Shown piece after piece: positions 29,490-39,829 of a DNA stretch of 64,000 nucleotides (positions are counted from its first letter, which is position 1; the number at the start of each line of letters is the position of its first letter). The position numbers and the translations under genes were made by a program. Under the pieces are notes generated by a model. That model was not told the DNA's origin, searched no databases, and worked only from the letters and a program-made list of their open reading frames with translations. The stretch spans positions 160,001 to 224,000 of the forward strand of contig CAYOYV010000001.1 of NCBI GenBank assembly GCA_964408285.1, written 5' to 3'. Source of the stretch: an uncultured Nitrososphaerota archaeon. GTDB lineage: Archaea; Thermoproteota; EX4484-205; JAAOZO01.

Positions 29490-30632
29490 TTGGCTTCCAC
29501 CAAGGAAAAACAGGTGCTTGTGCTTTGTGTGGACCTAGATGACGACATAGGCCAAAAGACCGGCGTAGCCTCTCCTATCGTAGGCAGGGACAACGTTCTC
29601 TCAGCTGGCATAAAGCTAAGCCTTGCGGATCCGGAGGAGTCAGATGCCAATGCGATATTCGCGTCAATCAGGGTCTTTGATAGGATCAGGTCTCAGGGAC
29701 TCAATGGTCAGATCGCCGTTGTTACTGGATCTGCAGACGGCGAGCCGTTTGCCTCTTCAAAGATCATGAGCGAGATATCCAAGATCACTGAAGGTTCCAC
29801 GCCTACCGATGTCTACGTAGTTACGGATGGCTTCGGAGACGAAGATGTCATGCCCGTGATGCAATCGAAGCTGCCGCTTTCTGGCGTCGTGAGGGTGGTT
29901 GTCAAGCACAGCAGGTCAGTTGAGGAATCCTATGTAGTGATAGGGAGATATCTTAAGATGCTAATAGCGGATGAACGGTTCAAGAAATACAGTTTGGGAT
30001 TGACGGGATTCTCAATTCTCCTTTTTAGTGTGTTCGCTCTTGCCAATCTACTAGACCGAGCAATAACAGTGTTCACCCTGCTATTGGGAATTCTGATGCT
30101 CGTGAAGGGTTTCAACCTCGATGTAAGAGCCAAGCATCTTATGAGAAGCATTTTCATGTTGCCGCTGCCCACACCCCTTTTCGCGCTAAGGGTCGGATCA
30201 TTTCTAGTGGGTTACGGCCTGCTTCTTACCGGACTCATAGTCGGCGGATTCGGGGCATATGACACATTGCAGAAACACAATGTACCCTTCGAGCAAATCC
30301 TCTTCAATCTCAACTTGGGCTTCGGCGGTTTTCTGAAAAGTGCCTCGATCTATCTGCTTGCTTCTGCAATCTTCATCCAACTTGCTCGAATAGTCTCATT
30401 CTTCCTAGGTGACTTCGCCGAGTCGAGAAACACCATGATTTCGATAGCGGTGATGGCGTCTCTATATCCTATGGCCATGTGGATGGGAGACTTCCTCATC
30501 TCACCTAGCCTTTTCCTCCAAGCGTTACTCAATGCTGCATTGACGAGCCTTGCCTTGTCGATAGTATCAGTTCTTGCCATAACTGGAATATACAGAGTTG
30601 TATGGGCAAGAAGGAGAGAACAGGAGAGTTGA
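29490..30632 (+). CDS. DUF373-family membrane protein
   Basis: LVLCVDLDDDIGQKTGVASPIVGR...DPEESDANAIF; C-terminal TM helices. Confidence 0.88.
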   Translation: MASTKEKQVLVLCVDLDDDIGQKTGVASPIVGRDNVLSAGIKLSLADPEESDANAIFASIRVFDRIRSQGLNGQIAVVTGSADGEPFASSKIMSEISKITEGSTPTDVYVVTDGFGDEDVMPVMQSKLPLSGVVRVVVKHSRSVEESYVVIGRYLKMLIADERFKKYSLGLTGFSILLFSVFALANLLDRAITVFTLLLGILMLVKGFNLDVRAKHLMRSIFMLPLPTPLFALRVGSFLVGYGLLLTGLIVGGFGAYDTLQKHNVPFEQILFNLNLGFGGFLKSASIYLLASAIFIQLARIVSFFLGDFAESRNTMISIAVMASLYPMAMWMGDFLISPSLFLQALLNAALTSLALSIVSVLAITGIYRVVWARRREQES

Positions 30633-31432
30633 GGTCTTCTATTCTTTCCCTGGTTAGAAGCATAGCCGACATTGGGCCCATACGTAAGCTGTATGAGGAA
30701 ACGCTTCTCAATCAGGTGTCTAAGGGGCCAATGCCGTCCCATGTTGCATTCATATTGGATGGAAACAGACGCTGGGCAAAAGAAAGGGATCTGCCCATAG
30801 CCGCGGGCCACGCACAAGGAGCGAAGAAGCTTGGCGAGGTCCTCTCTTGGCTGTTCGACCTTGACATAAAAACAATAACGGTGTATGCGTTGTCAATCGA
30901 AAACCTGAACAGGCCTTCTGAAGAGATACGGGCGCTCATTGAGATAATGGATACTTACCTAGCGGAAGTTCTAGGGAATGCAAGACTAGAGAAGAGTGGC
31001 GTAAGAGTGAAACTGATAGGCAATTTGGGCTTCCTTCCGGAAAGGACGCGGACACTTGTGCACCAATTGGAGCAGAGGACAGCCAATAACTCGGAATACT
31101 ACTTCAACGTCGCCATAGGGTATGGGGGGAGACAAGAGATAGTCGAGGCCATGAGGAAACTCGCGCAGCTGGTTCAACAGGGGAAAATCGGGATCTCGCA
31201 GATAGATGAGAAAGCTGTCTCCGATCTGCTCTACACTTCGCATCTGCCAAATCCAGAACCGGATATGGTGATTAGGACCTCCGGGGAGTTTCGAACGAGT
31301 AATTTTCTGCTATGGCAAAGCGCATACAGCGAATTCCTTATCCTTGATGTCTATTGGCCGGATTTCAGGAGAATAGATCTCCTCAGGGCAATCAGATCCT
31401 ATCAGAGCAGGGAAAGGCGCTTCGGAACATAG
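30629..31432 (+). CDS. uppS: cis-prenyltransferase (undecaprenyl diphosphate synthase family)
   Basis: HVAFILDGNRRWA, ALSIENL, YGGRQEI, IRTSGEFRTSNFLLWQSAYSE. Confidence 0.95.
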   Translation: MRSSILSLVRSIADIGPIRKLYEETLLNQVSKGPMPSHVAFILDGNRRWAKERDLPIAAGHAQGAKKLGEVLSWLFDLDIKTITVYALSIENLNRPSEEIRALIEIMDTYLAEVLGNARLEKSGVRVKLIGNLGFLPERTRTLVHQLEQRTANNSEYYFNVAIGYGGRQEIVEAMRKLAQLVQQGKIGISQIDEKAVSDLLYTSHLPNPEPDMVIRTSGEFRTSNFLLWQSAYSEFLILDVYWPDFRRIDLLRAIRSYQSRERRFGT

Positions 31433-31434
31433 CA

Positions 31435-32490
31435 TCACGTTACGCTCACATATCCGTCCTTCGTAACTATCACGGTGTCTTCACGCCTTGCGCCTCCAGC
31501 ATTCCTAAAGTAGATGCCTGGCTCAACTGTCACGACTGCATTCTCCTTCAGCTTTGCCTCGCTGTTTGAAACGAGGGAGGGCTCCTCATGGATGTCAAGT
31601 CCGACTCCATGACCTAGGCCGTGCAGGATTCCCTCGCGAAAACCATACCTGACAAGGACTTCCTCGGAGGCCAAAACAGATTCGGCGATATTCGCCCCAG
31701 CGACGATCTTGCTGAGAGCGGCCCTTTGTGATTCGGAGACTGCCTTCAACATTGCTTCCATCCGTTCTTCGGCTTTTCCAAATGCCATTGTTCTTGTCAT
31801 ATCCGTCCTATAGCCCCTATACATACTTCCCAGATCCATGACGACGAGATCCCCCTCCCCTATCTTTCTTTCGGTTGGTCGGGCATGGGCAAAACTCGAA
31901 CGGGGCCCAGATCCGACGACCGTCTCAAATCCTTCTCGATCGGCGCCTTGTCTAATCATCTCGATCTGCGCTTGTCTGGCAATCTCGCTTTCCGTCACAC
32001 CAAATCCAATGCTTTCAATCGCAGCTTTCATGGACCTCCTTGTGATCTCGCCGCTCATCTTGATCAGTCCTATTTCCTCACTGTCCTTGACTTCCCTCAG
32101 ATGCTCGATGAACCTGTTCCCCGGCTTCACTAGGGCTGGTGTTCGATTCCTGATCGCTGTCACTATTCCCTCTGTCCCAGTATCTATCTCCAAGTAGCGT
32201 ACGTTGTCCCGAAGTAGCCTGCCTATCAGAAGCTCCAGCAGGCTGCTGCTCCTCTGGGCCATTACGACAGCGAGATCCTCTGATGAGGACTCATAGAGAT
32301 CTAGGGGGCCGCCGAACAATTCCATTTGACCATCTCCGTCTACTAGAAGAACAGCGAAGCCCATGGGCTTCATGCCCGTCAAGTAAAGAATATTCAGAGG
32401 ATTCTCTATCAGAACCCTATCTATCGCCGTCTTTGACAGTAGCTTCGCCAGTTTCCGAAGCCTCTCCTTCCTGATCTCTGTTCTCGCCAT
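31435..32490 (-). CDS. Xaa-Pro aminopeptidase (M24B)
   Basis: DLGSMYRGYRTDMTRT, HGLGHGVGLDIHEEP, TVEPGIY, RREDT. Confidence 0.93.
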   Translation of the reverse strand: MARTEIRKERLRKLAKLLSKTAIDRVLIENPLNILYLTGMKPMGFAVLLVDGDGQMELFGGPLDLYESSSEDLAVVMAQRSSSLLELLIGRLLRDNVRYLEIDTGTEGIVTAIRNRTPALVKPGNRFIEHLREVKDSEEIGLIKMSGEITRRSMKAAIESIGFGVTESEIARQAQIEMIRQGADREGFETVVGSGPRSSFAHARPTERKIGEGDLVVMDLGSMYRGYRTDMTRTMAFGKAEERMEAMLKAVSESQRAALSKIVAGANIAESVLASEEVLVRYGFREGILHGLGHGVGLDIHEEPSLVSNSEAKLKENAVVTVEPGIYFRNAGGARREDTVIVTKDGYVSVT

Positions 32491-33019
32491 CTGCTTGTTT
32501 CGGCATCTTTGATTGAAGGATCCTTTTAATAGATTTGGCATCATCGACGCCGAGGAGCTTGTTGAACCTGTCGCTCGTGTTCAATACGGATGTCCTGCCG
32601 ACCTTCTCGGAAGTGATGTATCCCACACGGACAAGCTCCCTCACATACTTGTAGGCATGCTTGCCCCTTATCTGTATGACCCTGGACTGCGTTATTGGCT
32701 GTTCCATTGCAACCAAAGAGAGAGTCTTCATTGACCCGACGGATATCGGAAGTTTCGAAGATACCTTTCTGGCAAATCTTGAATAGGGACCTCTGATTTG
32801 CATCACGAAAGATTCGGAACCCACATTCAGTATCTCTAGGGAGCTTTCCCTTTCTGAATAGTCCTGCTGCAACCAGGAGAGTGCTGTTCTCACCGCGTCC
32901 CTCCTACAGTCGAGTATCCTAGAGATTCTCTCTACAGACACAGGTTCACCAGAAGCAAAGAGTATGGCCTCGACCGATTTCCTTGTCGCTTCCGGATTTA
33001 GCTTGACATCACTATCCAT
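32417..33019 (-). CDS. scpB: SMC kite subunit ScpB
   Basis: VEAILFASGEPV, TLSLVAMEQPITQSRVIQIRG. Confidence 0.92.
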   Translation of the reverse strand: MDSDVKLNPEATRKSVEAILFASGEPVSVERISRILDCRRDAVRTALSWLQQDYSERESSLEILNVGSESFVMQIRGPYSRFARKVSSKLPISVGSMKTLSLVAMEQPITQSRVIQIRGKHAYKYVRELVRVGYITSEKVGRTSVLNTSDRFNKLLGVDDAKSIKRILQSKMPKQADGENRDQEGEASETGEATVKDGDR

Positions 33020-33651
33020 AGGTCATCTTCCTCGCGAACCAAAGCATATTCTAGCCTTGTGAGGAGGAACAGGAGAACTATGAATCTTCTTATGATCTCT
33101 ATCTGTTCCTGATGTCTGAGAAGCTCGACAACTTTCACGCGATGTTCAACGCTGAGCACGAGCCGCAGTTGCCTGTCTAGATCCTCTATCCTTTGGTCTA
33201 TCTCATCAAGAAAGGAGTCTGGTATTAGGAGAACAGGTGAAGTCTCATCTTCAGGTCGATTTTTCCTGCTCTCTTCAAGTATCCTCGTAAGAATCTCCAC
33301 CAAGCTGGAAAAGAGATCCTTGGATATTATGACAGGATGAGAGGTCCTGAGTGGAATGTCCAGAGGGATGATCTGAATGTCCTGGAATTCTCCCTCTTGG
33401 TTCTCAAGCTCCTGATCGGGAGGTTCCTCGAGCCTCAGAATCTCCTCAGTCTTTCTTCGGTATATTATGGCGGAGGACAGAAGAGCCACCCCTGAGTGCT
33501 CGAAATTCACTGATCCCTTGCTTCTTATTTCCGAAATCAACTGTCTCAGGGCAACTGCGACATTTATGTCCCAGACCTTTGCCCTATAGAGTCTTAGGGC
33601 ATCAAATAACATGGAGAAGATACTGATGATGTTATCTGCTGAGCGGCTCAA
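32998..33651 (-). CDS. scpA: Kleisin ScpA
   Basis: VWDINV...SGVALLSSAIIYRRK N-terminal domain and RRFIVLLFL C-terminal WH; between smc and scpB. Confidence 0.88.
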   Translation of the reverse strand: MSRSADNIISIFSMLFDALRLYRAKVWDINVAVALRQLISEIRSKGSVNFEHSGVALLSSAIIYRRKTEEILRLEEPPDQELENQEGEFQDIQIIPLDIPLRTSHPVIISKDLFSSLVEILTRILEESRKNRPEDETSPVLLIPDSFLDEIDQRIEDLDRQLRLVLSVEHRVKVVELLRHQEQIEIIRRFIVLLFLLTRLEYALVREEDDLWIVMSS

Positions 33652-36600
33652 CTGGGGCTCTTCCTCTGAAGCTGCAGAGGCATCTCTACTAACCTCGATC
33701 TCCCGGACCTCATGTATGTGCCGATTATCTTATTGCCTCGGTTCGCTATCACGTCTTTGAGGGAGATGACAATTAACTGCGAACCAGAAGCTTTCATGGA
33801 CAGAAGCTTCCCATAATTCTGAATGTTGATCGGATCTAGGTGGGCGTCTATCTCGTCAAAGAAGTAGAACGGAGCTGGCTTCAATTCCTGCAAGGCAAAT
33901 ATGAAGCACAGAGCGACCACTGACTTCTCGCCCCCACTGCATCCATAGACCACCCTAGGGCCCTTGTTCGGGAATTGAACCATGACAGTGATCCCCCCTT
34001 GGAATGGTTCCTCCAGGTTCTCGATCTCAAGCCAGGCAGATCCGCCTGTTACCTTCCTGAAATACTCGCTGAAGCTTGCACTTACAGAGTTCAGGGCATT
34101 CAAAAAGCTCTCTTTCTTCTTTGTTTCGATTTCGCTAATTAGATCAAGAATGGCCTTCCTTTCCTCATCAAGCTTGTTCATCCTCTCTGAAACAAGCCTA
34201 TAATTGCCCGCTTGCTCAAGGTATTGTCTTCCCGCGAGCATGTTGACTTCTCCGACCTGCTTCAGCGCTGAATCGCATAGGTCGGCAAGTCTCGACATAC
34301 ATCTTCGTGATACAGGAGATGGCATGTCGAATTCAACCAATGGCCTTCCCAACTCGGCCATCTTGCTCTCAAGAATCGCCAACTCGCTTCTACCTATGTT
34401 CACTTTTATCTCGATCTCCCGGGCTTTCTGTTCAGAAGATCTTCGTACTTCGTCTGCTTCGTCAATTTGAGACTGCAGTCGCCTTATCTCTTCAGACAAT
34501 GAGTTTCTGTTTTCCTCTCGTTGGTCAGGTGGTCTCGATAGATCCTTCAACCTTTCTGCCTCGAACCCTCTGAGTTCGCGTTCCATCTCATCTCTCCCCG
34601 CTTTCAGACTTGAGACTGCCTTGAGGATGGATTCCAATTCACCAACCTTCTGGTGTATATGGTTCCTTTGATTTCCCCGTTCGAGGATTAGGGACTGAAG
34701 CTTTCGCTCTCCAATTTCCGTTGCTTGGCGCAGTGGCCCTTCTGATTTCTCTTGTTGCCTCAGGCTCTTCTTGACTTTATTGACCTTATTCTGCAGACAA
34801 TCGATCTTGGTCTTCTTCTTGACCAATCTAGCCTCAAGGCCGTCCATTCGAGCTTTGGCACAAGTCAAAATTCTTCTGACTAGTTTCAACCTTCTTTCGA
34901 TCGCTCTTATCCTTGCTCGAGAATTGGAGTACTTCTGCCGCACTTTCAGACGTTGATTCTGCATCAGCTTGAGCAGCTGGTGACTGTGATCAAGCTTGGC
35001 CCTAAATTCCGCGAGCAACACGGAGGTGGAGCTTCTGTTCCGCCTTATCCCGCGAATCGATTGCCTTATCTGTTCAGTGGCTTCTGCGAGACTGATGGCC
35101 CTAGTCTGGACTGTCTCTTGCCTGAAATTCTCTAGGCTGATGAAATCCTTCTCAAGGTCAGAAATAGCGATCTCCAGTTCCAAAAGCCTTTGATCCTCGT
35201 CGTTCTGGAGTTTCGCGGTTCTGTCATCACTTAGGACAACACCATCTCGGGTGACCACATTCCAACCCTTCTGCACCAGAGGAGGAGCTTGGCTGACGTC
35301 GTCGACGATAACAAAATCCTTGGTCTTCTCGGATATGAATTGAGCCATCTCCCGCGGAAAGGTCAAGGCTTCTGACAGCAGAAGACCTTCTGGTCTGGTT
35401 TCGCACGCACTCTTATCCAAATAGTCAGTCTCGCCAACGATCTTGATGCCTATCATTCCCAATCTTCTAAAGGCGACCGCAATGAGAATTGGATCCTCTT
35501 CCTTCGACACAACTATAGATTCGAGCCAATCCCCAAGCACTGCCCGAACAACGCGCTCGATCTCCGGGGGATAGGAGATGACCTCCTTCAGTCTTCCCTT
35601 GACATCGACTCCGGCCTCCCTCATGATTCTGCAAGCCTCTTCGGGTGCCTCAGAGGGCACTATAGACAAGGCGTCCATCCTACCCTTGAGTCTCTCCATC
35701 AAGCGCTCGATTTGTCCAAGCGATTCCTCCACCTGCCTGCTTCTACCTTCGATGTCGGAGATCTCTCCTAGATTACCCAGGAGTTGTGCTTCTATGGAAT
35801 TGAGCGAGTCAGTTTGTAGAAGCAACTGCTTCTCAAGTCTCGAAATCCGCTTCTTCCAAGCGGACAGCCTCGTCGCATTCAGAAGGATGATTCTCTGAAG
35901 GTTCTCACCTTCCGACGACAGAGATTCGGTCTCAGAAAGTATCTTTTGTCTTTCGGATTGGAGGCTTGACGCTAATCCGGACGCCTCTTCCATGTCTGAA
36001 AGCGCAATCTCTTTGGCCTTCTCGATCTTCTCTGCGTTCTCCAAGGCGTTCTCGAGCGATCTTGACAGGACGGCAAGTGATCTCTCCAATTTGTCCTTCG
36101 TTCGTCTTACCCTCTCCAAATGCATGGAGGCATTCTTGAGCATGCCACGCCTGCGGTGAATGGCCCTTGAGGCCGAGCTTCTATGCTCCCTGCAAATCTC
36201 AAGCTCAGCCGCCATACTTGCTATCCTATCTTCGGCCCTGCTAATCTTGAGAGCAACAGCTCCTATGTCGCCTCTCATTTGGGAAATCCGGGCAATGACC
36301 GCACTCGCATCCGGAATGCTTGCCCGCTGCATCTCCTGATTCAGCTTCATGAGCCCTTCCACGGCGTTCCTGTGATTGTCGAGCGTCGTCTGGTAGGTAG
36401 TTTGAGCCTGTGTGACCTCAGCCGCCGCTTCTGACAGCTTGTGCTCGAGATCCTCGATTTTTCGCCTCTTTTCGACTGTATCTTCGAGGACTAGGTGCCT
36501 CTTGGCCTCCTCAGATAGGCCTCTCAAGGCAGAATTCGATAATGCTCTGTTCATCTCCAGCTCGAGCTGCTCCAGCCTCGCCTTGACCTCTTCGAGTTTG

Positions 36601-37172
36601 CTATAGGCGACTCTCACGTTTATGTCGGCTTGCCTTAGCTCTTCCTCTGCCTGTTTCCTTTTCTCATCATAGCTTGATAGTCCGATCGCCTCCTCTATTA
36701 TAGTCCTGATCTCTACAGAGTCTTTGTCCGCGATCCTTGATATCTCTCCCTGCATGACGATGTTATAGCCCTTCGAGTAAAGGCCTGCCAGATTGAGTGT
36801 GTTAGTGACAACAAGCCGGGGCACTCTCTTCTTATTGAGATAGTAGACAGTTTCCCCCTTCTCTTCAATGTATCTAGTTATGCCTATTTCATCTTCTTCG
36901 ATTGGTATCTTCCTATCAGAATTATCTATCACGATCCTCACGTATGATCTCTGGGTTTTTCCCTGCCTGTCGTCTGATACAAGGCTTGACAGCCTATCGG
37001 CTCTGAGCGCCCTTGTTGACGTCTCCCCAAGAACGAATCTGACTGCATCCAGTATGTTGCTTTTGCCCGTTCCATTTGGCCCGGTTATGACATTCAGCCC
37101 CGAATCCAGATGGAGGACAGTTTTCTCCGAGAATGACTTGAAGCTCCTAAGCTCTATTCTCTTCAGGTGCAT
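33648..37172 (-). CDS. smc: Chromosome segregation protein Smc
   Basis: FKSF, GPNGTGKSNILDA, central hinge (VLGDWLESIVV; VTRDG), SGGEKS, PFYFFDEIDAHLD. Confidence 0.95.
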   Translation of the reverse strand: MHLKRIELRSFKSFSEKTVLHLDSGLNVITGPNGTGKSNILDAVRFVLGETSTRALRADRLSSLVSDDRQGKTQRSYVRIVIDNSDRKIPIEEDEIGITRYIEEKGETVYYLNKKRVPRLVVTNTLNLAGLYSKGYNIVMQGEISRIADKDSVEIRTIIEEAIGLSSYDEKRKQAEEELRQADINVRVAYSKLEEVKARLEQLELEMNRALSNSALRGLSEEAKRHLVLEDTVEKRRKIEDLEHKLSEAAAEVTQAQTTYQTTLDNHRNAVEGLMKLNQEMQRASIPDASAVIARISQMRGDIGAVALKISRAEDRIASMAAELEICREHRSSASRAIHRRRGMLKNASMHLERVRRTKDKLERSLAVLSRSLENALENAEKIEKAKEIALSDMEEASGLASSLQSERQKILSETESLSSEGENLQRIILLNATRLSAWKKRISRLEKQLLLQTDSLNSIEAQLLGNLGEISDIEGRSRQVEESLGQIERLMERLKGRMDALSIVPSEAPEEACRIMREAGVDVKGRLKEVISYPPEIERVVRAVLGDWLESIVVSKEEDPILIAVAFRRLGMIGIKIVGETDYLDKSACETRPEGLLLSEALTFPREMAQFISEKTKDFVIVDDVSQAPPLVQKGWNVVTRDGVVLSDDRTAKLQNDEDQRLLELEIAISDLEKDFISLENFRQETVQTRAISLAEATEQIRQSIRGIRRNRSSTSVLLAEFRAKLDHSHQLLKLMQNQRLKVRQKYSNSRARIRAIERRLKLVRRILTCAKARMDGLEARLVKKKTKIDCLQNKVNKVKKSLRQQEKSEGPLRQATEIGERKLQSLILERGNQRNHIHQKVGELESILKAVSSLKAGRDEMERELRGFEAERLKDLSRPPDQREENRNSLSEEIRRLQSQIDEADEVRRSSEQKAREIEIKVNIGRSELAILESKMAELGRPLVEFDMPSPVSRRCMSRLADLCDSALKQVGEVNMLAGRQYLEQAGNYRLVSERMNKLDEERKAILDLISEIETKKKESFLNALNSVSASFSEYFRKVTGGSAWLEIENLEEPFQGGITVMVQFPNKGPRVVYGCSGGEKSVVALCFIFALQELKPAPFYFFDEIDAHLDPINIQNYGKLLSMKASGSQLIVISLKDVIANRGNKIIGTYMRSGRSRLVEMPLQLQRKSPS

Positions 37173-37185
37173 TGCCGAACACTTC

Positions 37186-37431
37186 TCAACTGCCCTCTGT
37201 CATCGACAGTCCTTTGAGCCGTTCTTTTCCAGCCGAAGTGATCCTGCGATCGCCTGCATGAGCGTCGTCTCCTGAGATGGAATCTCCGTTTCCTGACTCT
37301 TTCAGGAATGCTTTCAGAAGCTCTACCAAGGGAATACTTGGATTTGGGAGGGCTCTGGCGAAGCTGACGGAATCAGTCTCCTTGGGATAAGCAGGTCCGC
37401 AAGGGCTCCGCATGTCAACGTGAATGTCCAT
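37186..37431 (-). CDS. Small hypothetical protein heading the smc operon
   Basis: TATA-like GATATAAT upstream of ATG 37431; ends 13 nt before smc; no recognisable motif. Confidence 0.4.
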   Translation of the reverse strand: MDIHVDMRSPCGPAYPKETDSVSFARALPNPSIPLVELLKAFLKESGNGDSISGDDAHAGDRRITSAGKERLKGLSMTEGS

Positions 37432-37531
37432 GGCCGCGGATAGCCTGAACATTTTTCATTATATCTTTGCTCTTCACTCACAATCAACGTTCCGATAAAG
37501 TTTTATTTACTCATTCCCAAAGCGCGAAACA

Positions 37532-37927
37532 ATGACGATTTATCACTGGGATTTGCCCAAGAAGAAGAAAACAGGGGCTTCCAAGAAAGCATTCAGAGGG
37601 AAGCGGAGGCGTGAATCTGGCGATGTTCAGACCGAAACCCGCATATCAAGAACAGGAGATTTCGTGCAAAGGAAAAGAATCAAAGGAGGTAGCTTCAAGT
37701 TGAGCTTGCGTGAGTCAAAATCCGTGAACATCAATTTCCCAGACGGGCATACAACAAGGGGCGAAATACTGGAGCTTGTAGACAATCCTTCCAATGCACT
37801 ATTTGCTAGAAAAGGGATTATCACAAGAGGGGCCATTCTGCGAACATCACTTGGATTGGTAAGGGTCTCTTCGAAGATGGGCTCTGATGGAGTCCTTAAC
37901 GCCAAGATCATGGAGGAGAAGAAATAG
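37532..37927 (+). CDS. rps8e: 30S ribosomal protein S8e
   Basis: KKKTG..., RIKGGSFK, NPSN...IITRGAI, VSSKMGSDGVLNA. Confidence 0.92.
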   Translation: MTIYHWDLPKKKKTGASKKAFRGKRRRESGDVQTETRISRTGDFVQRKRIKGGSFKLSLRESKSVNINFPDGHTTRGEILELVDNPSNALFARKGIITRGAILRTSLGLVRVSSKMGSDGVLNAKIMEEKK

Positions 37928-37933
37928 GAGGCA

Positions 37934-38227
37934 ATGAAGCGACTACAGAAGGATCCGTTCAGAATAATCTACCCTCAATATTTCGATCAGAAACGTTCTA
38001 GAACTCAAGGAAGGAGGATTCAGAAGGAACTTGCATCACGGCCGCCCAGTGAGAATGATCTCACTTCCATACTGAATGGGCTCAAGCTAAGATATCAGGT
38101 TCAGGACGGAGTGACATTCCCTCAGGAGCACACCAAGAGGTCATACAGAGTCGTGGTTTTCACTTCAACGAAGAAGTCCTCTCTCCTGAATGAAATCGCG
38201 AGAAGGCTGAGACAAAGCCACACATAA
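37934..38227 (+). CDS. srp19: Signal recognition particle protein SRP19
   Basis: IIYPQYFDQKRSRTQGRRI; synteny with rps8e. Confidence 0.9.
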   Translation: MKRLQKDPFRIIYPQYFDQKRSRTQGRRIQKELASRPPSENDLTSILNGLKLRYQVQDGVTFPQEHTKRSYRVVVFTSTKKSSLLNEIARRLRQSHT

Positions 38228-38267
38228 GCACGAACTAATGAATAAATACGGGCATCCTCTCTGAAGG

Positions 38268-38522
38268 GTGTTGACCTTAAAGGGCAGAAGCCTTAGGATA
38301 GGTGAGGTTGAGGCTTCTACTGCGCAAGGGCTTTATGTCGTTAGACTTGAATCCGTGCCCAAGACAGGACAAAGATTGTATGATTCAAGGGGAAAGGAAA
38401 TCGGAATAGTGAAGGATCTCATCGGAAATGTGAGGAAGCCCTACGCCGTTGTTTCGGTCAACGATCGCGCGAGACCATTGAAACAAGGCCAACCCATTTT
38501 CTCAGAGGGGAAACACAAATGA
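38268..38522 (+). CDS. gar1: H/ACA RNP subunit Gar1
   Basis: IGIVKDLIGNVRKPYAVV; located between srp19 and tfb. Confidence 0.85.
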   Translation: MLTLKGRSLRIGEVEASTAQGLYVVRLESVPKTGQRLYDSRGKEIGIVKDLIGNVRKPYAVVSVNDRARPLKQGQPIFSEGKHK

Positions 38523-39421
38523 CCTCTCCAGCCAGATGTACCTACTGCAACTCCAGCGATATAGTTTTCGACTCTAGCACCGGTGAGTACATATGCTGCA
38601 ATTGTGGCTTGGTCCTGCAAAGAACCAACATCGATAGATCTCCGGAATGGAGGGCCTTCACAGAGGAGGAAAGAAGCGAAATGGAAAGGGTGGGTCCTCC
38701 GCCTACCCCCATCTATGACGTGGGAGGCCTATCCACGAAGATAGTACCTACAAAGGAAAGGGAAGGCGATTCGCAGGATCCAAGCAAGTACTTGCGGCTT
38801 GCCAAATGGCAGGACAGATCTGTACAGAGCTCGCCACTCTCACGTTCCCTCCCAAAGGTTCAATATCTCATAAACTCAGTCGGACTGAAGCTGAATTGCC
38901 CCCAGGTCGTCATCGAAAGGGGAATAGATGTCTACCGAATCGCTCATTCAAAAGGCCTGCTGAAGGGAAGGGCCTTGGAGGCAGAGATCGCAGCATCACT
39001 ATACATGGCCTGCAAGCTTCTTGATAACCCGAGGACCTTGCACGAGATTGCACAAGCATACGGCATAAGCAAGGTTTCGATTGCCAAAGCATATAGGGAG
39101 CTGAGCTGGTCCATGGGTTCGCCCAAAAGAACCGACGAGGCCGAGCTCATCCTAGTAAGGTTAGCGAACAAGCTAGGCATAAGTGGAAGGCTCCTCAATA
39201 TGTCCCTCGATCTCCTCAAATCAGCGCGAGAAAGAAAGCTGACATCGGGCAGATCGCCCAAGAGCCTAGCAGCTGCCTGCATCTATCTGGCCTCTGTCAT
39301 GACCAACAGCGAATTGACCCAGAAAGAGATCGCGAGCGCTGGAGACGTTACAGAGGTAACTCTGAGAAACAGGTACAAGGAGATGATAGAAGCCTTGGAC
39401 CTGGCAAATGAGAGGCGGTGA
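38519..39421 (+). CDS. tfb: Transcription initiation factor IIB
   Basis: CxxC...CxxCG zinc ribbon, PEWRAF B-reader, two cyclin repeats, VTEVTLRNRYKE. Confidence 0.95.
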   Translation: MTSPARCTYCNSSDIVFDSSTGEYICCNCGLVLQRTNIDRSPEWRAFTEEERSEMERVGPPPTPIYDVGGLSTKIVPTKEREGDSQDPSKYLRLAKWQDRSVQSSPLSRSLPKVQYLINSVGLKLNCPQVVIERGIDVYRIAHSKGLLKGRALEAEIAASLYMACKLLDNPRTLHEIAQAYGISKVSIAKAYRELSWSMGSPKRTDEAELILVRLANKLGISGRLLNMSLDLLKSARERKLTSGRSPKSLAAACIYLASVMTNSELTQKEIASAGDVTEVTLRNRYKEMIEALDLANERR

Positions 39422-39461
39422 ACTCATCTTTAAAAACAAGTATCCCGCTTTTGTAATAACG

Positions 39462-39827
39462 ATGGCCTCCAGATTCGTAACAAAAAGAAGCACATTCGAG
39501 AGACGCGCACTTGACGCGGTCATGAAGGCGGGTAAGGATGGAATCCTGCAGACAGAATTGTGGAAGAGGATCGAGGTGAGCAGCAGGGAGGGTTCAAGGA
39601 TCTGTCTGCGTCTGGAGAAATGGGGCCTGATACGAAGGGAGCGATTCCTAAACGAGGGGCGATGGACATACAAGATATTCTCCACAAAGGCTCCTCTAAG
39701 ACTCGATTCGATATTAGGGGCGCCATGCATTACTTGTCCCTATTTCTATCAATGCGCTCCAGGGGGTGAAATATCGCCCGAGAAATGCGTTTGGCTGGAC
39801 GAATGGGTCCTTACGTCTGAGTCATAG
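39462..39827 (+). CDS. RPC34/TFE-beta-like winged-helix protein with Cys cluster
   Basis: GILQTELWK...SREGSRI; APCITCPYFYQCAPGGEISPEKC..LDEW; directly after tfb. Confidence 0.85.
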   Translation: MASRFVTKRSTFERRALDAVMKAGKDGILQTELWKRIEVSSREGSRICLRLEKWGLIRRERFLNEGRWTYKIFSTKAPLRLDSILGAPCITCPYFYQCAPGGEISPEKCVWLDEWVLTSES

Positions 39828-39829
39828 AA

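Noticed and set aside
34740-35090. Unusually Arg/Lys-rich stretch in the Smc arm, suspected compensated frameshift
   Set aside because: Heptad-like hydrophobic spacing continues and overall Smc length is normal; no evidence for a frame switch.
37532-39827. Eukaryote-like rps8e-srp19-gar1-tfb-rpc34 cluster as a novelty
   Set aside because: This is known conserved synteny in TACK archaea.
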